NCBI GenBank assembly: GCA_963745075.1
Contig: CAVUWV010000021.1
Location: forward strand, 128,001-192,000
Length of the DNA: 64,000 nucleotides
Origin: Candidatus Hydrogenedentota bacterium
Lineage (GTDB): Bacteria > Hydrogenedentota > Hydrogenedentia > Hydrogenedentales > SLHB01
Reading direction: 5' to 3'
The notes under the pieces are model-generated. The model searched no databases, was not told the DNA's origin, and was given only the letters and a program-made list of their open reading frames with translations. The translations under genes were made by a program, and so were the position numbers. Positions 1 through 9,922 of this stretch are shown one piece after another (the first letter of the stretch is position 1; each line of letters opens with the position of its first letter).

Positions 1-1324
1 GGATCTCGCGGCGCAGGATTGGGCCGAAGCGCGCCGCTGGATCAGCGACCCTGAAACACCGCAGCCGGAAGTATTTCAACGGGACGGCGTATGGATCGCC
101 TATGCCTGCGCCGGCGGTCTGCAATCGTCTTCCTGCAGTGACGGCACGCACGCCGGTCCATCCGCAGTCGGTGACTGCACGGCGACAGCAGTCCCCACTC
201 TGGAAGATGGAGACCGGGTACGAACGGCCACGATGTACGTGGCGTTTGGGGCCAGCCGGAAGGGCGTGGACGACGACATCGCGTTTGCGCTGGAGCGTGG
301 ATACGACGCCTTGCGCCAGTCAATGCTCGACGCCTGGGAGCCCGTCCTGGCGGGGGCGTCGCATGTGCTTTCGCCGGACTCGCCCGAATTTCGGGAACCG
401 TTGCTTCACGAGTTGACAACCCTCTCCATTGCCACAAGCCAGGAGAGCGGCGCCATCGTCCGGGCGCCTGGATCGCAACCGGTCCTCGCTCTGGATTACC
501 CGCGCCACAGCATTTGGGCCGGGTTGGCCCTGGACTTTCTAGGGCTGACGGAAACGTCGCAACGGCATCTCGAGTTCCTGCTTTCCCTCGTACGGATCGA
601 AGACCGCACCGGAATGCCCGCCGGGTCGCTCCCCGTCGCCGTCTATGGCGACGGCACGCAGGGGCTTCCCCATGCGGTGCTGGACGGTGAAGCGGCCGGA
701 TGGCTGCTCTGGGCGGTTCAACAGCACGACACCTTCCTGTCCGGGGAACGTCACGAAGCGTTCATTGCAGACTCCTGGCCCGCCCTGGATAACCTGGCAA
801 CGTTTCTCATGAGCCGGTCGGACGTGGACTCGGGTATCCCGCCCTATTCGTTCAACTCGCGCGCACTACGCGAGGAAACCACAGACGATTTCCTGATTGC
901 GTGTTGCGTGGGACTGCGCAGTGCCTCGGCCCTCGCCCACCTTGCGGGACAGGATCGGCCCGAATGGGCCGCGCGCGTAAAGGCCCTGGAGGATGCCCTC
1001 GAATCGCGGGCGTTCTCGACCGGCGGAACCTGGACTGCTGCGCGCCCCCTCTCCTACTGGGCGGCGGGGATACTGGACCCGGGCGACCCACGGTGGGACG
1101 CGGCCACACAACAGGCCCTCGCATCGCTCGATGCCGCACCTCCGGACGAAGCCCTGCGCACGCTCTGCGATCTGGCGTTTCTTTGGCGTGACCAGCCCGG
1201 CCGTCTTCAAACGTTGAAACCAATCCTGTTACCGGCAATAGAACGGGCTCGCGCCGTACGCCCGGTGGACAGCCTGGACGCCGCCCGCGCAATCCTAGCA
1301 ATCGTAATGGCTTGCGGTTCTTGA
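1..1324 (+). CDS. GH15/six-hairpin glycosidase-like protein, 5'-partial
   Basis: Frame of ORF 233..1324 is open back to position 2; YPRHSIWAGLALDFLG resembles the GH15 WPRD-helix motif; helical character. Confidence 0.5.
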   Translation, partial: DLAAQDWAEARRWISDPETPQPEVFQRDGVWIAYACAGGLQSSSCSDGTHAGPSAVGDCTATAVPTLEDGDRVRTATMYVAFGASRKGVDDDIAFALERGYDALRQSMLDAWEPVLAGASHVLSPDSPEFREPLLHELTTLSIATSQESGAIVRAPGSQPVLALDYPRHSIWAGLALDFLGLTETSQRHLEFLLSLVRIEDRTGMPAGSLPVAVYGDGTQGLPHAVLDGEAAGWLLWAVQQHDTFLSGERHEAFIADSWPALDNLATFLMSRSDVDSGIPPYSFNSRALREETTDDFLIACCVGLRSASALAHLAGQDRPEWAARVKALEDALESRAFSTGGTWTAARPLSYWAAGILDPGDPRWDAATQQALASLDAAPPDEALRTLCDLAFLWRDQPGRLQTLKPILLPAIERARAVRPVDSLDAARAILAIVMACGS

Positions 1325-1536
1325 TTCGTTAATTTTCGGGTTGTCCCGCGCCATGGTATGATGCGGTACCTGGAATCTTTCGGATGCGAGCCCAGTGGGG
1401 TTACTCGCGAACACAGTCCATCGCCGGTTGCGGTGGAGAATGTGGGTTTGGTTTGCGAAGAGACCAGCGTTTCTCTATGCTAGAGCGCTAGTGGCGCTGG
1501 TCCACAACATGCAGGGGTTCATAAGGGGAACACACG

Positions 1537-2301
1537 ATGGCATGGTACTACGCGCAAGGGAATGACCGGGTTGGACCGCTCACGGACGAGGCGTTCCAGC
1601 AGTTGGTCCACCAAGGGTCGATCACCGAGGAAACGCTGGTCTGGCGTGAAGGGATGGAGAATTGGGCCCCGTACGGGACGGTCCAGCCCCAGACGCCGGC
1701 CGGCGGCCCCCCACAGCCGGAAGACATTCAAGCAGCGCCCATGACGATCTGTTCCTCGTGCGGCCGCACCTTCCCCTCGGATGAAGTCATCGAGTATCAG
1801 GGCAGCTACATCTGCGCCGAATGCAAACCCATCTTCTTTCAACAACTGAAGGAAGGCGCCCTGGTAGGCGGAGCCATGGACTACGCCGGGTTCTGGATTC
1901 GCGTCGGCGCCTATCTCATCGACTACGTCATCTTGTTTGTTCCCAGTTTGGTCGTTGGTTTATTGATCAATTTGGTTATGGCGGCGATGCAGCAAACTTC
2001 GTTCAATCCACTTTATGCCTTGGTGATGGCGCTGTTGTATTTGCTCAATATCGCGATTCCCATGACGTACGAGACCTATTTTGTCGGAAAGTTCGGCCAG
2101 ACCCCGGGCAAAATGGTCTGCGGAATCAAGATCGTGCGTCCCGACGGGTCCTCGCTGACCTATTTGCGGGCCTTTGGACGCTATTGGGCGAGGATCCTGA
2201 GTTTCATGGTGTGCTTGGTCGGCGTAATTATCGTTGGCTTCGACGAGGAAAAGCGCGGGTTGCACGATCACATATGCGACACGCGGGTCATTCGCGTGTA
2301 A
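1537..2301 (+). CDS. RDD family protein with N-terminal GYF_2 (DUF4339) domain and CxxC..CxxC zinc finger
   Basis: WYY..GP......LVWREGMENW (GYF_2); CSSC..CAEC; YAGFWIRVGAYLID, GQTPGK, RGLHD (RDD). Confidence 0.85.
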   Translation: MAWYYAQGNDRVGPLTDEAFQQLVHQGSITEETLVWREGMENWAPYGTVQPQTPAGGPPQPEDIQAAPMTICSSCGRTFPSDEVIEYQGSYICAECKPIFFQQLKEGALVGGAMDYAGFWIRVGAYLIDYVILFVPSLVVGLLINLVMAAMQQTSFNPLYALVMALLYLLNIAIPMTYETYFVGKFGQTPGKMVCGIKIVRPDGSSLTYLRAFGRYWARILSFMVCLVGVIIVGFDEEKRGLHDHICDTRVIRV

Positions 2302-2313
2302 GGTTCAGATGGT

Positions 2314-2910
2314 ATGCAGGAAACGGTTCTTACTTGCGGTGTGTGTGATGCCCCCATCCCCTTCGAGGCCGTCAACGGCGCGGCCCCGGTGTTGTGCCGG
2401 CAATGCGGTGCCCACGTCGAGGCGGTGGCATATCCCGCATTGTTTCGTGAATTGACGGCGGGCACGTCCGGCGAACGCGTGTTGTTTGACGATGAGAGCA
2501 GTTGTTTCTACCACCCCAAGAAACGGGCCGTTGTACCCTGCGACCTCTGCGGCCGGTTTCTTTGTGCCCTGTGCGACGTGGAACTGAACGACCAGCACCT
2601 GTGCCCATCTTGCATCGACGCGGGAAAGTCAAAAGGCAAGATGGAACACCTCGAGAATAAGCGCACGCGCTACGACCGCGTGGCCTTGGCGCTCGCCCTT
2701 CTACCTATTGTGTTCTTTATTCCGATGATCTATTTTGTCATCTTCACGGCTCCGGCTGCGCTGTTTGTAACGGTCCGGCATTGGCGAACGCCTTTGAGCC
2801 CGGTGCGGCCATGGCGGTGGCGCTTTGTCCTCGCGTTTCTTATCGGGATTCTCCAGATTTCGGCTATCGGGATATTCATCACGATGATCGTCCTTGAGGC
2901 GGTCTCGTGA
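2314..2910 (+). CDS. Zinc-ribbon + B-box-like zinc-finger membrane protein
   Basis: CGVC..CRQC then CFYH..CDLC..CALC..CPSC; C-terminal hydrophobic helices. Confidence 0.7.
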   Translation: MQETVLTCGVCDAPIPFEAVNGAAPVLCRQCGAHVEAVAYPALFRELTAGTSGERVLFDDESSCFYHPKKRAVVPCDLCGRFLCALCDVELNDQHLCPSCIDAGKSKGKMEHLENKRTRYDRVALALALLPIVFFIPMIYFVIFTAPAALFVTVRHWRTPLSPVRPWRWRFVLAFLIGILQISAIGIFITMIVLEAVS

Positions 2911-3956
2911 TGGCGGAGGCGCAAATACCCTACAAGAGAATTGGGGCATGGTCCGTTAAGCGGATGACCGGCCAACGGTTATGGCTGAACGGTGACCATC
3001 TGTTGTCGATTTCGTCCCATTACATCACGGAACATTATAAGCGATTCTATTTCAATGACATACAGGCCATAACCATTACCCGAACCGTGACCGGAATGCT
3101 CATCAATGTCGCATTGGGGATACTCGCTGGCACTTTCTTCCTTTGGGCCGTATTCGCGTACATGACGCCGGGCTGGAGTCTGGGTGCTGTAAGCGCGATC
3201 GGCGTGATTGCCGCGTTCTGCACGGTATTCCTGGCACTCAACATCGTTCTGGGCCCCACATGCCGATGCTATCTCTATACGGCCGTTCACTGTGAGGAAC
3301 TATTCTGCCTGGGCCGCGTCCGGCGGGCTCGCCGCGTCATTCGAAATGTACAACCCCTAATCGAAGCGGCGCAGGAAGGTACCCTGAGCGATGGCGATAT
3401 GGACGCCTTACGGATGCGGCAAGGCGATGTTTACGGCTCCCCCGCAATGCTTGTCGAGACGGCGGCACGGGGCAAAACCCCGTTGCGCAGGGAAAGCGGT
3501 ACCGTTCACATGGCTCTCTTCGCGGTGCTCATCATCGACGCAATGATGAGCGTAATCGCGCTGATACAACCGGCAGCGGTGCCGATGCCCGTATCGCTGA
3601 GCGTTCTTCTCACCGTGATCGCGCTCACGGTCACCGCGCTGATTCGTCAGGCCAACAGCACGCTTCCCCGCCAACTGCGCAGCGTGACGTGGGCCACGTT
3701 CTTCTACATCTGTCTGACGGTTTTCTTTCTGTGGGGCGTTATGATCGCCGACCAGGTTGTGCGGGAGATGGATAATCAGGACGTGCCGCCAGACCTGGTT
3801 GCCTTCCAGGCCGGACTCGGCCAGGTCGTGAGTGCGATTTCCGTTATCTTTGACGTGCTATTGAGCACCTTCGGGCTTCGCGTCCTTTGGGAATACCGTA
3901 ATCGCTCGAAGGTCGCGACGGGCCCCTCCCCTGCGTCGTTGTCGGAACAGGAGTAG
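2907..3956 (+). CDS. Multi-pass membrane protein of unknown function
   Basis: 349 aa, about 6 hydrophobic segments; overlaps the upstream stop (GTGA). Confidence 0.7.
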   Translation: MMAEAQIPYKRIGAWSVKRMTGQRLWLNGDHLLSISSHYITEHYKRFYFNDIQAITITRTVTGMLINVALGILAGTFFLWAVFAYMTPGWSLGAVSAIGVIAAFCTVFLALNIVLGPTCRCYLYTAVHCEELFCLGRVRRARRVIRNVQPLIEAAQEGTLSDGDMDALRMRQGDVYGSPAMLVETAARGKTPLRRESGTVHMALFAVLIIDAMMSVIALIQPAAVPMPVSLSVLLTVIALTVTALIRQANSTLPRQLRSVTWATFFYICLTVFFLWGVMIADQVVREMDNQDVPPDLVAFQAGLGQVVSAISVIFDVLLSTFGLRVLWEYRNRSKVATGPSPASLSEQE

Positions 3957-3959
3957 ACT

Positions 3960-4286
3960 GTGGCAAGTTTGGCGGACCAACGCTGTCTCAACCACGCCTT
4001 GCGCGAAGCGGTGGCGCGATGTCCGGAATGCCGCCGATTCTTCTGCCGCGAATGCGTCGTCGAGCACGACGACCGAATGGTCTGCTCGTCATGCCTGCGG
4101 AAACTGGCGGAACAAAAATCGGTGGGAACGCGGCGGCTGATTGCCACGTGGCGCGTCGTGCAATTCATGGGCTGCGTATTCGTCCTGTGGATCTTCTTCT
4201 TTCTCATGGGCCACGCCCTGCTAAAAATCCCGTCCGTCACCCATGATGAGTCGCTCTGGGTAATCAACGGGGCGGACGACCAATGA
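3960..4286 (+). CDS. B-box-like zinc-finger single-pass membrane protein
   Basis: CLNH..CPEC..CREC..CSSC followed by one TM helix; GTG start. Confidence 0.7.
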   Translation: MASLADQRCLNHALREAVARCPECRRFFCRECVVEHDDRMVCSSCLRKLAEQKSVGTRRLIATWRVVQFMGCVFVLWIFFFLMGHALLKIPSVTHDESLWVINGADDQ

Positions 4287-6055
4287 AGCGGCGGCAAAGC
4301 GGCATGCCCGCGCTCGAACTCATTGAAGAGGCGGTGCACCTTCTGCGCACCTCACCCTTCTATATCCTGGGCATGTATTACGTGGGGACACTCCCGTTCA
4401 TCCTGGCGCTGTTGTACTTCTGGGTCGACATGAGTCAGGGCGCATTTTCCCAGAACCATGCGGCCGGGAGCGGGCTTATGCTGGCCGTACTGTTCGTCTG
4501 GATGAAGTCCTGGCAGTCAATCTTCGGCACCTTGGTTCGTGCCCGGCTTTGTGACGACGATCCGCCGCCCTGGACCCTGCGGCGCATCGCGCGGCTCGTG
4601 GAAACGCAGACGATTCTGCAAACGACCGGCCTGCTGGTGCTGCCGGCGGCCATGTTGACCATGCTGCCCTACATCTGGGTTCAGGCCTGGTATCAGAACG
4701 TGACCGTGCTGGGTGATGGCGAAGACAGCAACTTGCGAAAACTTTCGGCACGGGCCTTTCGGCAGGCCCGGCTCTGGCCACGGCAATGCAGCACCATGGT
4801 GTGGCTCCTGAGTCCCGCGCTCGTCGTGATGGCCGCGGCATTGTTCCTGGTCATCGCACCCGTCGTGGAAGCGACTACGCCGGGATGGACGAGCAACTTG
4901 CTCGGAATGTACACGATGCTTTTTACCGTTCTCATGATTCCGTTCAGTCCGTTGGGCATGATCGTCGCCCTGGATTTCGGCGCGCTGATCGCCGTCCTGC
5001 CCAGCATTCTGGAGCGCGTGTTCGGCATCGAAAACATTCTGGCCATGGGTGGAGGCGTCGGCGATTCCACGTTCGAAGCGATCTGTTGCGCCGTGGTCTA
5101 TCTCGTCCTGGATCCCGTCCAGAAGACGGCATACGCCATGCGTTGCTTTTACGGCGAGTCGCTGCAAACCGGCGAAGATTTGAAGGTGGCCTTGCGTCGC
5201 GTGGTGCGCGCGGCGAACCGTCGGGCCACATCGCTGCTGTTGATACTGGCAACCGGTGCAACCATTTGCCTCGGCGCCGCGCCGGTCGCGCACGCGGGCG
5301 ATACGGCCGTGTCTGCGCAAGCGCTGAATCGTGCCATCGATCGCGTGCTCGAACAGCGTGAATACGCATGGCGGCTCGACCGAAAGACGGATACCGACGA
5401 GGAAAAAGGCGCACTCACGATTTGGATGGAATGGATTCAGGAGAAGATCGCCGAGGGCGTACGCAAAGTCCAGACGTGGGTCGAAAAGATCGTGGATTGG
5501 TTCCGGAGTTGGTGGCCCAAGTCAAAAGACGAAGAGCCCAAATCGTGGAGCGGGTGGCGCACGATTCCACGGTGGACCATGTACGGCATTCTCGCCGTAT
5601 TGGCGATTCTGCTGGCCTTCCTCACGTATCGTGCCTGGCGCGTACGGCGATCGCCCATCGCAAAACTCGAAGCAATGCCCGTGCTCCAGGTGCCCGACAT
5701 CGAAGATGAGAGCGTGGGCGCGGACGCCCTGCCGGAAGACGGCTGGCTGGCCTTGGCGCGCGAATTGATGGAAAAGGGCGAATGGCGTCTCGCAATGCGC
5801 GCTTTGTTCCTTGCCGGACTGGCGCTGCTCGCGCGAAACGAAATGATCCGGGTCGCCAAGTACAAGTCCAATCATGAGTACGAACGGGAACTGGCCCGGC
5901 GCGCCCACGCGGAACCGGAAATCCTCAACGTCTTCTCCCAGAGCGTGACCCTCTTTGAACGGGTATGGTACGGAACGCACGAGGCCGGACCGGACCTCGC
6001 GCGCCAGTTCAACGACAACCAGAACAGGATGCGGGCCCTTGCCGAAAAGCCGTAA
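4283..6055 (+). CDS. Membrane protein with C-terminal DUF4129 domain
   Basis: Many TM segments; C-terminal LAMRALFLAGL..KSNHEY..LFERVWYG typical of DUF4129. Confidence 0.8.
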   Translation: MKRRQSGMPALELIEEAVHLLRTSPFYILGMYYVGTLPFILALLYFWVDMSQGAFSQNHAAGSGLMLAVLFVWMKSWQSIFGTLVRARLCDDDPPPWTLRRIARLVETQTILQTTGLLVLPAAMLTMLPYIWVQAWYQNVTVLGDGEDSNLRKLSARAFRQARLWPRQCSTMVWLLSPALVVMAAALFLVIAPVVEATTPGWTSNLLGMYTMLFTVLMIPFSPLGMIVALDFGALIAVLPSILERVFGIENILAMGGGVGDSTFEAICCAVVYLVLDPVQKTAYAMRCFYGESLQTGEDLKVALRRVVRAANRRATSLLLILATGATICLGAAPVAHAGDTAVSAQALNRAIDRVLEQREYAWRLDRKTDTDEEKGALTIWMEWIQEKIAEGVRKVQTWVEKIVDWFRSWWPKSKDEEPKSWSGWRTIPRWTMYGILAVLAILLAFLTYRAWRVRRSPIAKLEAMPVLQVPDIEDESVGADALPEDGWLALARELMEKGEWRLAMRALFLAGLALLARNEMIRVAKYKSNHEYERELARRAHAEPEILNVFSQSVTLFERVWYGTHEAGPDLARQFNDNQNRMRALAEKP

Positions 6056-7490
6056 ATGGATCAATCTCGGAATCGCTGCGCTCTTCGTCGTGTTCGGTTA
6101 CGGCGCGTTGCACCTGTATCTGCTGCGGTTCACCGCCGGCGACGTCTATCCGCCGTATTCATCGTTTCGCGCCGACCCGGTGGGAACCCGCGCGTTGTAC
6201 GAGTCGTTGAAGGAACTTGATGGGGTATCGGTCAAACGGCATGCACAACCATTCTCCAGCGATTCCGTGCGTAATACCGTTGGCAATCTTGCGTCCACGT
6301 GGCTGGTCTTGGGAACCGATGCGCACGATCCCGACCATGCGCCGCCGGATATCGTAACCGGTGTCGAGCAAGTCATGCAGCACGGCGGCCGGGTAGTCAT
6401 CGCCTTCAGTCCGACGGGAAAAGATCTGCGGAAAGAATTCGAGAAATGGGAGGAGCGGGAGGAGCGTATGCAGCGTATGCGCGAACGCCGCCGCGGGAAG
6501 GACGATAAGGCGGACGAAGGGGACGAGCCGGAAAAGGGCGCAAACAATGAAGCCAGCCCGAACGCGGATCGATCGGAAGAATCCCAGGCGACTAGTAAAG
6601 ATGACCAACCAACGGAATCGGTTGATGCTAAGAAGTCTGAATCCCCCGACAAATCCCCGGAAGACGACGAGACGAACGAGGACGACGAAAAACGCAACGA
6701 TTACGAGGACATGTTCGGACCAACGGTCGACATCGAGAAACACTGGGGAGTCCGGCTGGAATTCGATCCGGTCCAGGTGGACGCCGAAGACAAAATCGCA
6801 AAACAAGACGCAAAACTGGTCGCCGATGATAACTTGCCCAAGAACGTAACGTGGCATACGGCGACGTCGTTCGATACACTCAGCGACGAGTGGCAGGTCC
6901 TGTACGAGCGGGACGACAAGCCGGTGGTGATCGAACGGCCGTTCGGCGCGGGCACCCTGGTCTTTGCGTCGGACACTTACTTCCTCAGCAACGAGGCCTT
7001 GCGCGACGAGCGACATCCCCGCTTGTTGTCCTGGATGGTGGGCGACAACGACCTCATCGTATTCGAGGAATCGCATCTGGGCGTGGCCCACGTGCCCGGC
7101 GTGATGACCTTGATTCGGGGCTACGGCCTCTACGGGGTGTTCTGGGGTCTCATCGGCCTCGCGGTTTTATACCTGTGGAAGAACGCCGTTCCATTCGTGC
7201 CGCCTTACCGGGACGAAGCGCCTTCCGATGCGCGCCATGCCGCAGGACGGGATTCGGCCGCCGGGTTCGCCAACCTGATTCGCCGCAGCGTCGCGCCACG
7301 AAAGTTGCTGCAGACGTGCATCGCGCAATACCGAAATTCACTTGGCGCTCGGCAACGCGATCTGGCCGAACCGATACGACAAATGGAATCCATCGCCGCA
7401 CAGGAAGATTTGAAGCCGGCAAATGAGCGGAACCCCGTAAGCGCCTACCGCGCGATGTGCCGCGTCTTGAAAGAATACGTACGAGGATAG
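6039..7490 (+). CDS. DUF4350-domain membrane protein
   Basis: YSSFRADPVGTRALYESL and GAGTLVFASDTYFLSNEAL..FEESHLG motifs; probable TTG start at 6039; long acidic insertion. Confidence 0.75.
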   Translation: MPKSRKWINLGIAALFVVFGYGALHLYLLRFTAGDVYPPYSSFRADPVGTRALYESLKELDGVSVKRHAQPFSSDSVRNTVGNLASTWLVLGTDAHDPDHAPPDIVTGVEQVMQHGGRVVIAFSPTGKDLRKEFEKWEEREERMQRMRERRRGKDDKADEGDEPEKGANNEASPNADRSEESQATSKDDQPTESVDAKKSESPDKSPEDDETNEDDEKRNDYEDMFGPTVDIEKHWGVRLEFDPVQVDAEDKIAKQDAKLVADDNLPKNVTWHTATSFDTLSDEWQVLYERDDKPVVIERPFGAGTLVFASDTYFLSNEALRDERHPRLLSWMVGDNDLIVFEESHLGVAHVPGVMTLIRGYGLYGVFWGLIGLAVLYLWKNAVPFVPPYRDEAPSDARHAAGRDSAAGFANLIRRSVAPRKLLQTCIAQYRNSLGARQRDLAEPIRQMESIAAQEDLKPANERNPVSAYRAMCRVLKEYVRG

Positions 7491-7555
7491 CCTCCACAGA
7501 TTCGATTCCTCACAAGGGATCGCTACGGAAACCGGAGAGGAAAGGAAGCGACAAC

Positions 7556-8521
7556 GTGCAACTCGATCTGGATCACCTAAAAGAAACCCTGACGCGGACG
7601 CGTGAGGAAGTCGGCAAGGTTATCATCGGACAGCGCGACGTGGTGGACAAATGCCTCATCGCGATCTTCACCAACAACCACGCCTTGGTGGAAGGCGTGC
7701 CGGGGGTGGCGAAGACGCTGTTAGTCCGCACGCTGGCAAAGGTGCTGGGCTGCGAGTTCGCCCGCATCCAGTTCACGCCCGACTTGATGCCGGCGGACAT
7801 CACCGGCACCAACGTGTTCAACCTCCAGCACAACCAGTTCACCCTGCTAAAGGGTCCGGTTTTCACAACGTTTCTCTTGGCCGACGAAATCAACCGGGCG
7901 CCCGCAAAGACGCAATCTGCATTGTTACAGGCCATGCAGGAGCGCCGCGTGACCATCGACCGGGAAACGCACGTCCTCTCCCCCAACTTCACCGTGTTTG
8001 CCACGCAGAATCCCATCGAATACGAGGGAACCTACCCGCTGCCGGAGGCACAAAAGGACCGGTTCATGGTCAAGATCTCCATGGGTTGCCCCGAGCGGGA
8101 CGAGGAACTGTCCCTGGCAACGCGTACGCTCGGGACGGAATCGCCCGAGGCGACCTTGGCCAGCGACGCCGTGCAGCCGGTTATCACGGCCGATGAGCTG
8201 ACCAAAATACGCAGCGCGCTTCAAAGCGTCACCGTACGCGAAGAGTTGATCGGATACATCGTGGACATCGTGCGTAAATCCCGCACCCACAACACCGTCC
8301 TGGTCGGCGCAGGACCCCGTGCGACGCAGGCCATCCTGCTGTCCAGCCGGGTTCAGGCGGCCATCGCCGGCCGCGATTTTGTGACCCCCGACGACGTCAA
8401 AGAAATGACACGTCCCGTGCTCGAACACCGGTTGATACTGCGACCCGAATACGAGATCGAAGGCCTGACCGTGTCCGAAGTAATTAGCCGAATCGTGGAA
8501 GAGGTGGCAGTCCCCCGATGA
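7556..8521 (+). CDS. moxR: MoxR family AAA+ ATPase (MoxR-proper type)
   Basis: [66 protein letters not shown] start after purine-rich RBS. Confidence 0.95.
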   Translation: MQLDLDHLKETLTRTREEVGKVIIGQRDVVDKCLIAIFTNNHALVEGVPGVAKTLLVRTLAKVLGCEFARIQFTPDLMPADITGTNVFNLQHNQFTLLKGPVFTTFLLADEINRAPAKTQSALLQAMQERRVTIDRETHVLSPNFTVFATQNPIEYEGTYPLPEAQKDRFMVKISMGCPERDEELSLATRTLGTESPEATLASDAVQPVITADELTKIRSALQSVTVREELIGYIVDIVRKSRTHNTVLVGAGPRATQAILLSSRVQAAIAGRDFVTPDDVKEMTRPVLEHRLILRPEYEIEGLTVSEVISRIVEEVAVPR

Positions 8522-9870
8522 TCGTTCCCCGGACATTGCTCCTGATTTGCGTCGGCGGCGTCATCGCGATTGCCGCGGTGGGCGTCACAGTGCCGTCGGT
8601 CGCGCCGAACATCCCGTATGCCGCCGCGTTGCTCGTTCTGATCGCGGTGGTGGATGCGTTGCTCGGAGCCGGCACGCTTCGTGGTATCGCCGTCACCCTT
8701 CCGGACGTGATTCGCCTCAGCAAGGATCGGGACGGCGACGTGGATATCTACGTGCGCAACGATCGGCGCCGGGCGCAACGGCTGCGGATTGGATTGGCCT
8801 TTCCCCGGGAGATCGGGTCCGAATTGGACAGCGTCCACACCGTAGCGCCGCCCGATACGCAAGTCGCCCATCTCGCGTGGTCGGTAAAGCCGTCCCGCCG
8901 TGGCAACTATCGACTCGACCGGGTATACATGGAAAGCCCGTCTCCTTTGGGCCTTTGGTCGATACGCGGTTCGTCGGAAGTCCAATCGGAACTGCGCGTC
9001 TATCCGAACCTCGTGACCGAGCGGCGGCGGCTTGCGGCGCTCTTTCTCAATCGGGGGGCGTTCGGGGTCCACGCGCAACGGCAGGTCGGACAAGGCCGCG
9101 AATTCGAGAAATTGCGCGAGTATGTCCCCGGCGACGGCTACGAAGACATCCACTGGAAAGCCACCGCCAAACGAGGCCGCCCCATTACTAAGCTCTACCA
9201 GTTGGAGCGTACCCAGGAAATCTACGTCGTTATCGATACGTCCCGCCTGAGCGCCCGCCGCGTCTTGATGCCGGGCGGCGAGGACGGCGGTGACACGATG
9301 GAAGTGACTCAACTGGAACGATTTATCACAGCAGCACTGATTCTTGGACTGGTTGCCGAGCGGCAGGGCGATTTGTTCGGGTTGCTGACCTACGGCGGTT
9401 CGGTGCGGAGTTTCGTGCGGGCGAGCACCGGTCAGGCGCACTATTCGGCCTGCCGCGACGCGTTGTACACCCTCGAACCCCAGACGGTGAATCCGGATTT
9501 TGACGAACTGTTTACGTTCTTGCGCATGCGGTTGCGTCGACGGGCGCTGCTGGTCTTCCTGACAAACCTGGACGACGCGGTCCTCGCGGAGAGTTTTGTG
9601 CGAAACGTGGAGATGATCCGGCGCCATCACCTGGTGCTGGTAGGCATGCTGTCACCACCGGGTATTCGGCCCCTGTTCTCCGACGAGAAGACCGAATCCA
9701 TGGACGATATTTACCGGTCCCTGGCGGGCCACATGAAATGGCACGATCTCCGCGAACTCGAGCGCGTGTTGCACCGTCAGGGCGTAAACTTCTTTCTGCT
9801 CGACAACGAGCGCATGTGCGCGGAATTGGTCAGCCAGTATGCGAGCGTCAAACAGAGGCAACTCTTGTGA
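8518..9870 (+). CDS. DUF58 (vWA-like) domain protein
   Basis: EFEKLREYVPGD..IHWKATAK, VVIDTSR; N-terminal TM helices; ATGA overlap with moxR. Confidence 0.9.
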   Translation: MIVPRTLLLICVGGVIAIAAVGVTVPSVAPNIPYAAALLVLIAVVDALLGAGTLRGIAVTLPDVIRLSKDRDGDVDIYVRNDRRRAQRLRIGLAFPREIGSELDSVHTVAPPDTQVAHLAWSVKPSRRGNYRLDRVYMESPSPLGLWSIRGSSEVQSELRVYPNLVTERRRLAALFLNRGAFGVHAQRQVGQGREFEKLREYVPGDGYEDIHWKATAKRGRPITKLYQLERTQEIYVVIDTSRLSARRVLMPGGEDGGDTMEVTQLERFITAALILGLVAERQGDLFGLLTYGGSVRSFVRASTGQAHYSACRDALYTLEPQTVNPDFDELFTFLRMRLRRRALLVFLTNLDDAVLAESFVRNVEMIRRHHLVLVGMLSPPGIRPLFSDEKTESMDDIYRSLAGHMKWHDLRELERVLHRQGVNFFLLDNERMCAELVSQYASVKQRQLL

Positions 9871-9922
9871 CGTGGCAACGGATTCAACACGGTAGAACCA
9901 ATACGCCGCTGGAGCGCGAGAC

